A stretch of 50,509 nt of DNA, from NCBI GenBank assembly GCA_045588165.1, contig JAZNDP010000039.1, positions 1 to 50,509 on the forward strand, read 5' to 3'. The DNA is from Eubacteriales bacterium (GTDB lineage Bacteria > Bacillota > Clostridia > Oscillospirales > CAG-272). The position numbers and the translations under genes were made by a program. The notes beneath the pieces were generated by a model. It was not told the DNA's origin, did no database searches, and saw only the letters and a list, made by a program, of their open reading frames with translations. Positions 17,491 through 26,727 of the stretch are shown here, piece by piece; position 1 is the first letter of the stretch, and each line of letters begins with the position of its first letter.

Positions 17491-18432
17491 ATGGCAGAAA
17501 AAATCGCAACAAGAGAAGCCTACGGCAACGCGCTTGCCGAATTGGGCGAGAAATATGATTTTATCGTAATGGATGCCGATCTGGCGGCAGCAACCAAAAC
17601 CGGAGTCTTCAAGAAAAAATATCCGGAGCGCTTTTACGACTGCGGTATTGCCGAGGGCAATATGATGAGCGTTGCGGCAGGTCTTGCCGCCGCAGGAAAG
17701 GTCGTATTTGCTTCTTCCTTCGCAATGTTTGCAGCAGGAAGAGCTTACGAGCAGGTCAGAAACTCCATCGGATATCCCCACCTGAACGTAAAGATCGGCG
17801 CGACGCACGCCGGCATCACCGTCGGTGAGGACGGTGCCACCCACCAGTGCATTGAGGACCTTGCGCTGATGCGGGCAATCCCCGGCATGGTCGTCATCAA
17901 TCCCGTGGATGCTGTAGAGGCGAAGGCCGCCGTTGAAGCCGCAATCAACTATTACGGTCCCGTATATCTGAGATTCGGACGCTACGCCACTCGGGTTCTC
18001 AACGACAAAGAAACCTACAAGTTTGAGCTTGGTAAGGGCGTTCTGATGAATGAAGGAACCGATCTGACCATCGTAGCAACCGGTATCATGGTTGATATGG
18101 CACTGGAGGCTGCAAAGATTCTTGCTACCCGCGGAATTCAGGCTCGTGTCGTCAATATCCACACCATCAAGCCTCTGGATAAGGAGATCATTCTGAAGGC
18201 AGCGCGGGAGACCGGCGCCATCGTTACCGCCGAGGAGCACACCGTCATCGGTGGTCTGGGATCTGCCGTTGCTGAGGCAGTATGCGAGGGTTGTCCCGTT
18301 CCCGTGATCAAGGTTGGTGTTGAGGATCGGTTCGGTTGTTCCGGAAAGGTTCCTCCCCTGCTGGAGATGTATGGCTTGACCACAGCAAATATCGTAGCCA
18401 AGGCAGAGCTCGCCTTGGGACTGAAAAAGTAA
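17491..18432 (+). CDS. Transketolase, C-terminal subunit
   Basis: GIAEGNM, GEDGATHQ, GPVYLR, TAEEHTVIGGLGS. Confidence 0.95.
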   Translation: MAEKIATREAYGNALAELGEKYDFIVMDADLAAATKTGVFKKKYPERFYDCGIAEGNMMSVAAGLAAAGKVVFASSFAMFAAGRAYEQVRNSIGYPHLNVKIGATHAGITVGEDGATHQCIEDLALMRAIPGMVVINPVDAVEAKAAVEAAINYYGPVYLRFGRYATRVLNDKETYKFELGKGVLMNEGTDLTIVATGIMVDMALEAAKILATRGIQARVVNIHTIKPLDKEIILKAARETGAIVTAEEHTVIGGLGSAVAEAVCEGCPVPVIKVGVEDRFGCSGKVPPLLEMYGLTTANIVAKAELALGLKK

Positions 18433-18437
18433 TCAAA

Positions 18438-18474
18438 CAAAAAATTCCGTCCGAGATCGGACGGAATTTTTTTA
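18438..18474. terminator. Bidirectional terminator
   Basis: AAAAATTCCGTCCGA-GA-TCGGACGGAATTTTTTT. Confidence 0.85.
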
Positions 18475-19320
18475 TTTCTTTCGGTACACGGCAAGTATGA
18501 TGTCAACGGGTGTATCCAATCGATCCAATTTTGTCAGTTTTTCAGAGTCCGTGGAGGATGTTTTCCAGTAATAGGGAGTCATGGCAAAAAGATTTTGCAG
18601 ATTCTCCCTTCCCTCCACCGTAATATCAAAGCGAACCCGCCGCTCCTCTATCAGCTCCATTTCCTTCGGCAGATCGGCTCTGCCGTCGTTCTGCTTTGTT
18701 CGGTCGTAAATTGCCTGCTTTAACCCCATCAAATGATCGGGGCCAGCATAAGCGACCACCAGAACACCGTCGGGTCGAAGCACACGGGAAAACTCCTGCT
18801 CGGCGCAAGGAGCGAACACGTTAATGATCGCCTGAGCGCATCCATCGCAATATGGTAGATCAAAGATACTGGATACGCTAAAAAAGGATTGACCCTGCGC
18901 TGTATGCGCCGCCCGCTTTGCCGCCGCATCCGCGGCAAACTTTGAGAGATCCGCACCCGCTACGGAAAAGCCCAGCCCTGTGGGATAAACCGTGTAATAA
19001 CCCTCGCCGCATCCCCCATCGATCAGAAGTCCGCGAGGAGGTTTCGTATGCCGTTCCAGAATCTCACATATCTCCTGTGCCACAGGTTGATAATGGGAAA
19101 GATTCAAAAACGCGCTTCTGGCCCGAACCGCCTGCTTGGAATCTCCGCCGCCTGCCTGTCCCGGAGGCATTAAATTCACGTATCCGCTGGAAGCAAGATC
19201 AAAACAATGCCTTCTCTCTCCTTCGCAGATCAGGCTGCTATCCCCCTTGAGCGCCATTGACTTTTTACAGATTGGGCACCGCAGAGCCCTCAAAATCATC
19301 TCATTCGGTAAAATTTTCAT
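18472..19320 (-). CDS. rlmA: RlmA-type 23S rRNA m1G745/748 methyltransferase
   Basis: N-terminal Zn motif CPIC...C..HCFD..GYVNL, GDSKQAV.AR..FL, DGGCGEGYY, MTPYYW. Confidence 0.8.
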   Translation of the reverse strand: MKILPNEMILRALRCPICKKSMALKGDSSLICEGERRHCFDLASSGYVNLMPPGQAGGGDSKQAVRARSAFLNLSHYQPVAQEICEILERHTKPPRGLLIDGGCGEGYYTVYPTGLGFSVAGADLSKFAADAAAKRAAHTAQGQSFFSVSSIFDLPYCDGCAQAIINVFAPCAEQEFSRVLRPDGVLVVAYAGPDHLMGLKQAIYDRTKQNDGRADLPKEMELIEERRVRFDITVEGRENLQNLFAMTPYYWKTSSTDSEKLTKLDRLDTPVDIILAVYRKK

Positions 19321-20903
19321 ACTGTCTCTTCCGTTTGCTGAATTTCATAGTCTGCCTCAATATATCCGTTTGAATTGCCCTCTCCGCTTCCCGCGCAAGT
19401 CAATTCAAACCAGAAGGTGGATCCCTCGCCAAGGGTACTCTGCACGCCGAACACCGCATGGTGAAGCTCCAGAATCTCCTTCACGATGGAAAGCCCCAAT
19501 CCCGTTCCCACAGTTGCCCGTCGATGAACCTTGTCCACCCGATAGTACCGATCCCAGATCATCGCCAAATCTTCTTTGGCAATTCCCGTACCCGTATCGG
19601 TCACACTGATCCGAACCCGATCTCCCACGATATCCTGTCGAACGGAAACGTGCCGATCCTCACCGGTATAGTTGATGGCGTTATTGATCAGATTATAGAT
19701 CACCTGCAGGATCATCCCGCGGTCGGCAATCACCTCAACGTCTCGCTCCGCAAAAAATTCGATCTGATAATTGTCCTGCATCATCAGACGCTCGTACCGT
19801 TGCATGGTATCCCGTACCGTAGCGGTCAGACTAAAGATCTGCATGTCCGCATTTCTCGTACCCGCCTGAATTTTGGACAGATCCAGCACATCGTTGACAA
19901 GCTCGGTCAGCCGAGCGGTTTCGTCAATAATGATCTGAATGTTTTCGGGGGTATTTTCTCCGGGAATATCCCGCATCACCTCACCGTACCCCTTGATCAT
20001 GGTCAAGGGCGTTCTTAAATCGTGAGAGATATTGGAGATCAGCTCCTTTTGTAAGCGGTCGGTTTTCGCCAGCTCCCGCGACGCGTAATTCAGCGTATCC
20101 GCAAGCTCACTGATCTCTCGGTATCCCTTCCCCTCAAAATCCGCATCGTAATTTCCCTGCGCCAGTTTTTTTGCCGATTCGTTCATGTTGACGAAGGGCT
20201 TGGTGATAAGTCTGGACATAATCCACGCCATCAGCAACGCAATCATCGACAGCACAACGCCTGTCCACAAGGATTGATCCTGCAGAGTTTTTACCATTGC
20301 CTGAACGGGAGTCAGATTCGTGATCTGCACGATGAGATACTCCCCGCCGTCCTCTTGATCGCAAACCGTTACGTAAAGCGCGCACATTCGTTCCGATCGA
20401 CCGCCAATATAAGGATACGCCTCGGGATCTCCCTCGTTATCCCGATGGATCTGAAGCTCCGATCTGTCGTGAAATTGCTCCATACCAACCAGAGCGATAT
20501 ACCGTCCTCCATTTTCCTCGGCGCTTTGCCGAAGAAGGTCAAATTTTTGGTTCATATCCGTAATCGACTCTTCCCCCGTTCCCTTGGCACCGGTCAGAAG
20601 CGAATCGATTTTATCATTGCTCAAGCGATAGACCCAGATATCGGTATTGTAATTTGTCGCGTATTCATCCGCCACCTGCTCCAGCTGATGGGAATGATTC
20701 AGCTCCGCTTTAAGGGCAGTAGCGGAATGCTCCAATTCCTTATATTTGGTCACCTGAAAGAAATAGTTCATCAGCTGTACCTGAAGAAACCAGATGACCG
20801 CCACCGTAATGCCGATAAAGAGGATCAGAATGGCATACATTTTCCACTGTATTCCGATTCGGATCGGCTCTGTCCGATCCGCGCTCAAATGCCGCCGTGT
20901 CAT
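19317..20903 (-). CDS. Sensor histidine kinase (2 TM, HAMP, HisKA, HATPase)
   Basis: SHDLRTPLT H-box, NLINNAINY N-box, DTGTGI, GTGLGLSIV. Confidence 0.95.
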   Translation of the reverse strand: MTRRHLSADRTEPIRIGIQWKMYAILILFIGITVAVIWFLQVQLMNYFFQVTKYKELEHSATALKAELNHSHQLEQVADEYATNYNTDIWVYRLSNDKIDSLLTGAKGTGEESITDMNQKFDLLRQSAEENGGRYIALVGMEQFHDRSELQIHRDNEGDPEAYPYIGGRSERMCALYVTVCDQEDGGEYLIVQITNLTPVQAMVKTLQDQSLWTGVVLSMIALLMAWIMSRLITKPFVNMNESAKKLAQGNYDADFEGKGYREISELADTLNYASRELAKTDRLQKELISNISHDLRTPLTMIKGYGEVMRDIPGENTPENIQIIIDETARLTELVNDVLDLSKIQAGTRNADMQIFSLTATVRDTMQRYERLMMQDNYQIEFFAERDVEVIADRGMILQVIYNLINNAINYTGEDRHVSVRQDIVGDRVRISVTDTGTGIAKEDLAMIWDRYYRVDKVHRRATVGTGLGLSIVKEILELHHAVFGVQSTLGEGSTFWFELTCAGSGEGNSNGYIEADYEIQQTEETV

Positions 20904-20918
20904 TCTCTCCTCCCGCCG

Positions 20919-21605
20919 TTATCCTTCAAAACGATATCCTACGCCACGCAGGGTCACGATCAGTCCCGCGTACCGTCCAAGACTCTTGCGGAGGAGCTTG
21001 ACGTGAGTATCGAGGGTACGGACGTCGCCGTAAAAATCGTATCCCCACACCTCACTGATCAATCTCTCTCTGGACAGCGCCACGTTTCGGTTTTCCAACA
21101 TGTAGAAAAACAGATCATACTCCTTCGGAGACATATCCACGCGCTCACCGTCAATAAACACCAGCCTTGCTGTGATATCCGCTCTCAAGCCGCCGCCGTC
21201 CATGGAGAACACCACGTTCTCCCGTTTCTGCTCCTCCGGCGTACGGCGAATCCGCTTCATAACCGCCTCAACACGTAACATCAGCTCCTTAGGAGAAAAG
21301 GGCTTGACCACGTAATCGTCTATCCCTAACTCAAATCCGTTGATCTTATCGTACTCCTCCCCACGTGCGGAGAGCATAATGATCGGCGTCTCGGACAGCT
21401 TTCGGATTTGTCTGCAAGCGGAAAATCCGTCAAGCTCAGGCATCATAATGTCCATAATAATGATATCAAAGTTTTGAGCTCGGCAAAGACGAACCGCCTC
21501 CATGCCGTCAATGGCTTCCGTTACGGTATGTCCTTCAAACTCCGCGTATTTCTTGATGATGGAGCGAATCCGCGCCTCATCATCCACAACTAAAATGTGA
21601 TACAT
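20919..21605 (-). CDS. OmpR/PhoB-family response regulator
   Basis: ILVVDDE, DIMMPELDG, DDYVVKPFS, winged helix RTLDTHVKLLRK..IVTLRGVGYRF. Confidence 0.96.
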   Translation of the reverse strand: MYHILVVDDEARIRSIIKKYAEFEGHTVTEAIDGMEAVRLCRAQNFDIIIMDIMMPELDGFSACRQIRKLSETPIIMLSARGEEYDKINGFELGIDDYVVKPFSPKELMLRVEAVMKRIRRTPEEQKRENVVFSMDGGGLRADITARLVFIDGERVDMSPKEYDLFFYMLENRNVALSRERLISEVWGYDFYGDVRTLDTHVKLLRKSLGRYAGLIVTLRGVGYRFEG

Positions 21606-21622
21606 GGCCCCTACCTTTCCTC

Positions 21623-23182
21623 TTACGTATTCGGTTTCTCGGTAAACTCGGCGACAATGCTTACGGTATGCTCCGAAAATTGCAAACCTGACAGACGGCT
21701 GACCGTGATGGAAAGGGTATCCCCCTTCCTCAGCTGATCAAGCACCGAATAATAGTCTCCAATGGACTCGATCGCGCGTCCGTTCATGGATACGATCCGA
21801 TCGTATTGCTTCAGTCCCTCATGCGACGACTGCATGATATAAACGCCATTTGGCATCGCTCTGTTTCCGCCAAACAGGGAGGACACCGTTAAATCGTCCC
21901 GATATTCCGCAGAAAAGGGTAAGGCGAGCTGATTTGTCACGTATCCGTATTGGATCAGGTCGGAGGCTACCTGCCAAGCAACGTCAACGGGAATTGCAAA
22001 TCCGAGCCCCTCGATTCCCGTAGCGGATTGCTTGGCGTTGACGATACCGATCAGGCGACCCGCCATATCAAACAATCCTCCTCCCGAATTTCCGGGATTG
22101 ATCGCCGCATTGGTCTGCAACAGAGTCATTCGGTTGCCGTCTACGATCACCTGCCGATCCTTGGCACTGATGATGCCGTTGGTCACCGTTCCTCCCAGCT
22201 CGCCAAGCGGATTTCCAATGGCAAGTACGCTCTGTCCCACCTTCAGGCTTGAGCTGCTTCCCATCACCGCGTAGGGCAGTCCCGTCGCGTTGATCTTCAG
22301 AATCGCGATATCATGCTGCGCATCCCCCGCCACATACTCTGCCTCATGCTCCTCACCGTTTGTCAATCGAACGGTAATGGCGGTCTGCTCGGGCGTATCG
22401 CCAATCACGTGATAATTCGTAATGATATAGCCCCTTCCCTCCTTATCAATGAGAACACCGCTTCCCGCGCCGCCCGTTACATACTGTCCGTAACCGAACA
22501 TTCCCGTTTGTACCTTCGCCGTTACGATCTCCACCACGGTATCGGCAACACGGTCAACCACCTGCTCAATACCCAGAAGAGTTGCCCCTGAGGAATCGAT
22601 CTCCACGCTCACCTCAATGGAAGAATCGTTTTTGACGACGGTCACCGTTCCGTACTCTCCGTCATGTACAGGCTCGTTTTCCTCCGAAGGGGTTGTGTTC
22701 AAGCCAAGCCGCAAACCAATAAAGGCGCCTCCCAGCAGAGCCAACGCCACCACCAGCACAGCGGGAAGGATCAGCCACGCGCGGGCTTTCCCTCCGTTTT
22801 TCCGTTTGGTTGCCTCTTCTCCCATTTCGTCTACGACGGTGAAATCCGGCACGTAGTAGGGAGGCTTGTAGCTACAGGAATAGTTTTCGGAGTTACCGTC
22901 CTCCTCTATTTCATCTTCCCCGCCTGTCGGATCTCCTTCACCAGCGGACGGTACGTCTTTTTCACGATCTTCGCCTTGTTGCGGATCTGCGCTGGCTTTT
23001 TGGCAAGAAGGATCTTCTTTTTCCTCATGCTCCGCGCCGATCTCTCGAAGGCTTTCCTCGTTTTCCGATACGCCTTCTTCGATATTTTGACCCATCGTAA
23101 CAGTATCATTATCGGTCTCCTTCTCTATCTCTTCGTTTATATGATTTCGATCTTCATTCAAGTTGTCTTGAAACTCCTTCAT
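21623..23182 (-). CDS. htrA: HtrA/DegP-family membrane-anchored serine protease with PDZ domain
   Basis: Acidic N-terminus, one TM, ITNYHVI, DIAILK, INPGNSGG, GLGFAIP, C-terminal PDZ-like region. Confidence 0.92.
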   Translation of the reverse strand: MKEFQDNLNEDRNHINEEIEKETDNDTVTMGQNIEEGVSENEESLREIGAEHEEKEDPSCQKASADPQQGEDREKDVPSAGEGDPTGGEDEIEEDGNSENYSCSYKPPYYVPDFTVVDEMGEEATKRKNGGKARAWLILPAVLVVALALLGGAFIGLRLGLNTTPSEENEPVHDGEYGTVTVVKNDSSIEVSVEIDSSGATLLGIEQVVDRVADTVVEIVTAKVQTGMFGYGQYVTGGAGSGVLIDKEGRGYIITNYHVIGDTPEQTAITVRLTNGEEHEAEYVAGDAQHDIAILKINATGLPYAVMGSSSSLKVGQSVLAIGNPLGELGGTVTNGIISAKDRQVIVDGNRMTLLQTNAAINPGNSGGGLFDMAGRLIGIVNAKQSATGIEGLGFAIPVDVAWQVASDLIQYGYVTNQLALPFSAEYRDDLTVSSLFGGNRAMPNGVYIMQSSHEGLKQYDRIVSMNGRAIESIGDYYSVLDQLRKGDTLSITVSRLSGLQFSEHTVSIVAEFTEKPNT

Positions 23183-23221
23183 CCCAACCTCCGTGTCGTT
23201 TGTTATTGGTTGTCCACCTAC

Positions 23222-23272
23222 ATTATACCATTATACCTCGGGTTTGTGACAGTTTTTTGAAAAAATTTGTAA
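23222..23272 (-). promoter_or_regulatory. htrA promoter with tandem -10 boxes and direct repeats in the -35 region (putative response-regulator sites)
   Basis: TATAAT at 23227-23222 and 23235-23230; TCACAAA / TCAAAAA / TTACAAA at 11-12 bp spacing. Confidence 0.55.
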
Positions 23273-23320
23273 TCCTTACGGAAATTTTTAAAAATCCTCG
23301 GAGCGATCCCCCAAAACCGA

Positions 23321-23349
23321 TTGCTTTTCCTTCGGATTTCTGTTATAAT
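23321..23349 (+). promoter_or_regulatory. sigA promoter of addBA
   Basis: TTGCTT-17-TATAAT with extended TG. Confidence 0.7.
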
Positions 23350-23414
23350 ATTGTTAAAGACACACAAGTGATTCACACAAAAACAATCTTCGGGTTGAGA
23401 AAGGATTGCCCTCC

Positions 23415-26400
23415 ATGATCACATTTCTTTTCGGATCTTACGGAAGTGGAAAAAGCACGGCGATTTTGGAATCCATCTCCAAAGATGTCGAAGCCGGAAT
23501 CCACACATTTTTACTGGTTCCCGAGCAAGAAACGGTACAAGCAGAATACGCCACCCTTTCCGCATTGCCCCCCTCTGCCCAACTGAAGCTGGAGGTTTTG
23601 AATTTCTCCCGCCTTTATAACCGCGCATGCCGTGAATTCGGCGGGTTGAGCTACCGATATATTACCAAGCCCATTCGACATCTGCTGATGTGGCAGAATC
23701 TGAAGGAGTTGGCTCCTCTTCTGGAGATTTACGGACCCCTGTGTGAGAAGGATTCCTCTCTGGGTGAGATCATGCTTTCTGCTCTTGACGAGTGCAGAGC
23801 CTGCGGGATCTCTCCCGATCAGTTGGAGCGAACCGCCAGTCAGTTCTCCTCCGATGATCCCCTTGGGAAGCGGTTGCGGGATCTTGCCCTCATCTTTGCC
23901 TCCTTTGACCGCCTCGTATCCCAAAATTACAGCGATTCCTCCTGTGATCTGGCAAGACTTTATGAGCTTCTGACGAAGGAGCGGTTCTTCCGTGGGTGCC
24001 ACGTTTATCTGGATTCCTTTACCTCCTTTACCGCCATGGAACACCGAATTATTGAGCGTATTTTTGCTCAAGCGGATCACGTCACGGTCGCCATTCCCAT
24101 GTCGGGACCCGATTGCAACGACATCAGCACCGCGGGAATCCGAGAATCCATGAAAAGCCTCATCCGTTCCGCCGAACAGCACGGCGGATATAAAACCGTG
24201 ATCCTGCGTGGAAACAAGCGGGCTCACTCCCCCTCTCTTGCCCATCTGTCGGATGCCCTTTGGCGCATGGATCTTTCGGGCGGTGAGGGACAGGTCTACC
24301 ATGACGGAAGCATTCGGCTGGAGATCTGTGACACCCCTTACGCCGAAGCCGAGGCGACTGCTTTGCATATTCTGGATCTGCTTCGCAAGGGAGAACGCTG
24401 CCGCGATATTTTGGTTCTGATGCGAAATCCCGATCAATACAGAGGGATTCTGGAGCCCGCGCTTGACAAAAACGCGATCCCGTTTTTCTTCTCGGAAAAA
24501 ACCGACCTGTGCTCTCTCCCCCCTCTCAAGCTCCTCCTTTCCGCTCTGCGGATCAAGCAGTATCATTGGCAGAAAAACGACGTGATCTCTCATCTTAAGA
24601 CCGGCATGTACGCCTTTGACAGCCGAGACCTCGACCTGTTTGAGGAATACGTTTCTACGTGGAATATCCGAGGGTCCCGCTTTACGGACAGCGACTGGAC
24701 CATGAATCCCGACGGATTTACCGAATTTGTATCGGAGCGCGGAAAATCGATCCTGCTTGCCGCCAACACGGTTCGGAGACGGCTTGTTGAGATTCTGGAG
24801 AAATTCTTTATTCTTCTGGATGCCTCTGAAAACGTACCCGATATGTGCCGCGCCGTATACACCTATTTTGTGGATATCGAGCTGGAGGATCGGCTGAACG
24901 ACCTTGCCGCCAAGGAACTGGAGTATGGGAACCGTAAGGAAGCCGCGGAGCTTCAATCTCTGTTCGGCGTTTTGCTGAACACTCTGGCGGATATTGCCGC
25001 CGCTATGCCCCAGGAAGCGGCGTCTACCGAAGAGTTTTACCATATTCTTCGCATCGTATTCCGCCAATCCGATATCGGAACCATCCCCACATCGGTGGAT
25101 GAGGTGACCGTAGGATCCGCGGCAATGCTGCGAGGCTCCAACCCCAAATACGTATTCGTTCTTGGGCTGTGCGAGGGGGTATTCCCCGCCGCCACCAACG
25201 ACACGGGACTCTTTACCTCCGTTGAGCGCGCAACCCTTGCCGATCTTGGCATTACCCTTTCCGCCGATTGCGACACCCGCTCCGCCGATGAGCTGATGTT
25301 CGTTCATCGCGCCTTTTCCGCGCCCTCACACGGACTGTTTTTGCTGACCTCCCTCGCCGATTCCGCGGGATCTGCCCGCAATCCGTCTCTGCCCTTCAAT
25401 CGGGTTCGGGAGCTTTTTGCCAATCTTGAGCCCCACCGCTTCTGCGGCAATGACATTCGTTATCTGGTTGGTACTCCCCGATGCGCCGCGGCGCATCTTC
25501 GCACCATAGCTGACCCTGAGGATGCAGGAGCGCTGAAGGACGCTATCTCTCTCTTTTTACCCGAAACAGGGAAATTGTCCGCTCTTTCCTCCTCTATGCC
25601 CGATTGTTCTCTGTCACAGGAGCTTGCCTCCTCTCTCGTGGGAAAATCCGTCCGCTTTTCCTCCACTCGGTTTGAGAGATACGTGGAGTGCCCCTTCCAA
25701 TATTACTGCACATACGTTCTCGGACTTCGGGAAAAGAAGCGGGGCGATTTTCGAGCCTCCAATATCGGAACCTTCATCCACTATATTTTGGAGCAGCTGC
25801 TGCGGTTCGCCGTGGAGCCCGGGGAGGACGGAACTCTCCCCACCGACGAAGAGTTAGTGGAAAGAACAGAGGAAACGGTTTCTGCGTACATTGAGAAAAT
25901 TTGTCCCGACGAATGGAAATCATCCCATCGGCTCCGTCACCTCTATACACGTCTGAAGCGGCTCTCTCTTCTGATGATCCGCAATCTGGTGGAGGAATTT
26001 TCCCAAAGCGAATTCCAACCCATGTTTTTTGAGTTGAACACCAACGGACAGGAGAACAATCCCCTTCCCATGGAATTTGTTTTGCAGGACGGCTTCCGCG
26101 TATCCTTCTCGGGGATCATTGACCGCGTGGACGTTTTAAAGAAGGATGGCGAAGTGTATATCCGAATCGTGGATTACAAAACGGGGACTAAGATTTTCTC
26201 TTTGGAGGACGTAAAGCACGGCATCAACATTCAGATGCTGCTTTACCTGTTTACCCTCTGCCGCAATTCCGATTCCCCCTTCTGCCGCTCTCTCGGTCTT
26301 GCCGATGGCAAGACGCCCACTCCCGCCGGTGTGGTCTATCTGTCCGCCAACGTTCCCGTTGTTTCGGTGGAGGACTATGACGGTGAGGAAGCGGTACTCA

Positions 26401-26717
26401 AGAAAGCCTCCGCTTCTTTGAAGCGAAGCGGACTTTTACTGGCGGAGGAGGATATTCTCAAGGCAATGAACGCCTCTCTCTCCCCCACCTTCCTTGCCGG
26501 AATCAAGAAAAACAAGGACGGCGTTCTGGTAGGAGATGCTCTGACCGATCGGGAATCCTTCAATAAACTGTATGAGCAAATACGGTCCACGGTGGAATCG
26601 ATCACGGAAGAGCTCCGAGGCGGCGTAGCCGACGCAAGACCGTTGCAATATCATCAATCCAAGGACCCCTGCGCCTATTGCCAGATGAAGCCCATCTGCC
26701 GCAGGAATGAAGAATAA
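23415..26717 (+). CDS. addB: ATP-dependent helicase/nuclease subunit B
   Basis: GSYGSGKST, LVPEQ, CPFQYY plus C-terminal CAYC..PIC (Fe-S staple), GIIDRVD..IVDYKTG nuclease motif. Confidence 0.92.
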   Translation: MITFLFGSYGSGKSTAILESISKDVEAGIHTFLLVPEQETVQAEYATLSALPPSAQLKLEVLNFSRLYNRACREFGGLSYRYITKPIRHLLMWQNLKELAPLLEIYGPLCEKDSSLGEIMLSALDECRACGISPDQLERTASQFSSDDPLGKRLRDLALIFASFDRLVSQNYSDSSCDLARLYELLTKERFFRGCHVYLDSFTSFTAMEHRIIERIFAQADHVTVAIPMSGPDCNDISTAGIRESMKSLIRSAEQHGGYKTVILRGNKRAHSPSLAHLSDALWRMDLSGGEGQVYHDGSIRLEICDTPYAEAEATALHILDLLRKGERCRDILVLMRNPDQYRGILEPALDKNAIPFFFSEKTDLCSLPPLKLLLSALRIKQYHWQKNDVISHLKTGMYAFDSRDLDLFEEYVSTWNIRGSRFTDSDWTMNPDGFTEFVSERGKSILLAANTVRRRLVEILEKFFILLDASENVPDMCRAVYTYFVDIELEDRLNDLAAKELEYGNRKEAAELQSLFGVLLNTLADIAAAMPQEAASTEEFYHILRIVFRQSDIGTIPTSVDEVTVGSAAMLRGSNPKYVFVLGLCEGVFPAATNDTGLFTSVERATLADLGITLSADCDTRSADELMFVHRAFSAPSHGLFLLTSLADSAGSARNPSLPFNRVRELFANLEPHRFCGNDIRYLVGTPRCAAAHLRTIADPEDAGALKDAISLFLPETGKLSALSSSMPDCSLSQELASSLVGKSVRFSSTRFERYVECPFQYYCTYVLGLREKKRGDFRASNIGTFIHYILEQLLRFAVEPGEDGTLPTDEELVERTEETVSAYIEKICPDEWKSSHRLRHLYTRLKRLSLLMIRNLVEEFSQSEFQPMFFELNTNGQENNPLPMEFVLQDGFRVSFSGIIDRVDVLKKDGEVYIRIVDYKTGTKIFSLEDVKHGINIQMLLYLFTLCRNSDSPFCRSLGLADGKTPTPAGVVYLSANVPVVSVEDYDGEEAVLKKASASLKRSGLLLAEEDILKAMNASLSPTFLAGIKKNKDGVLVGDALTDRESFNKLYEQIRSTVESITEELRGGVADARPLQYHQSKDPCAYCQMKPICRRNEE

Positions 26718-26727
26718 GGAGGGTTTT

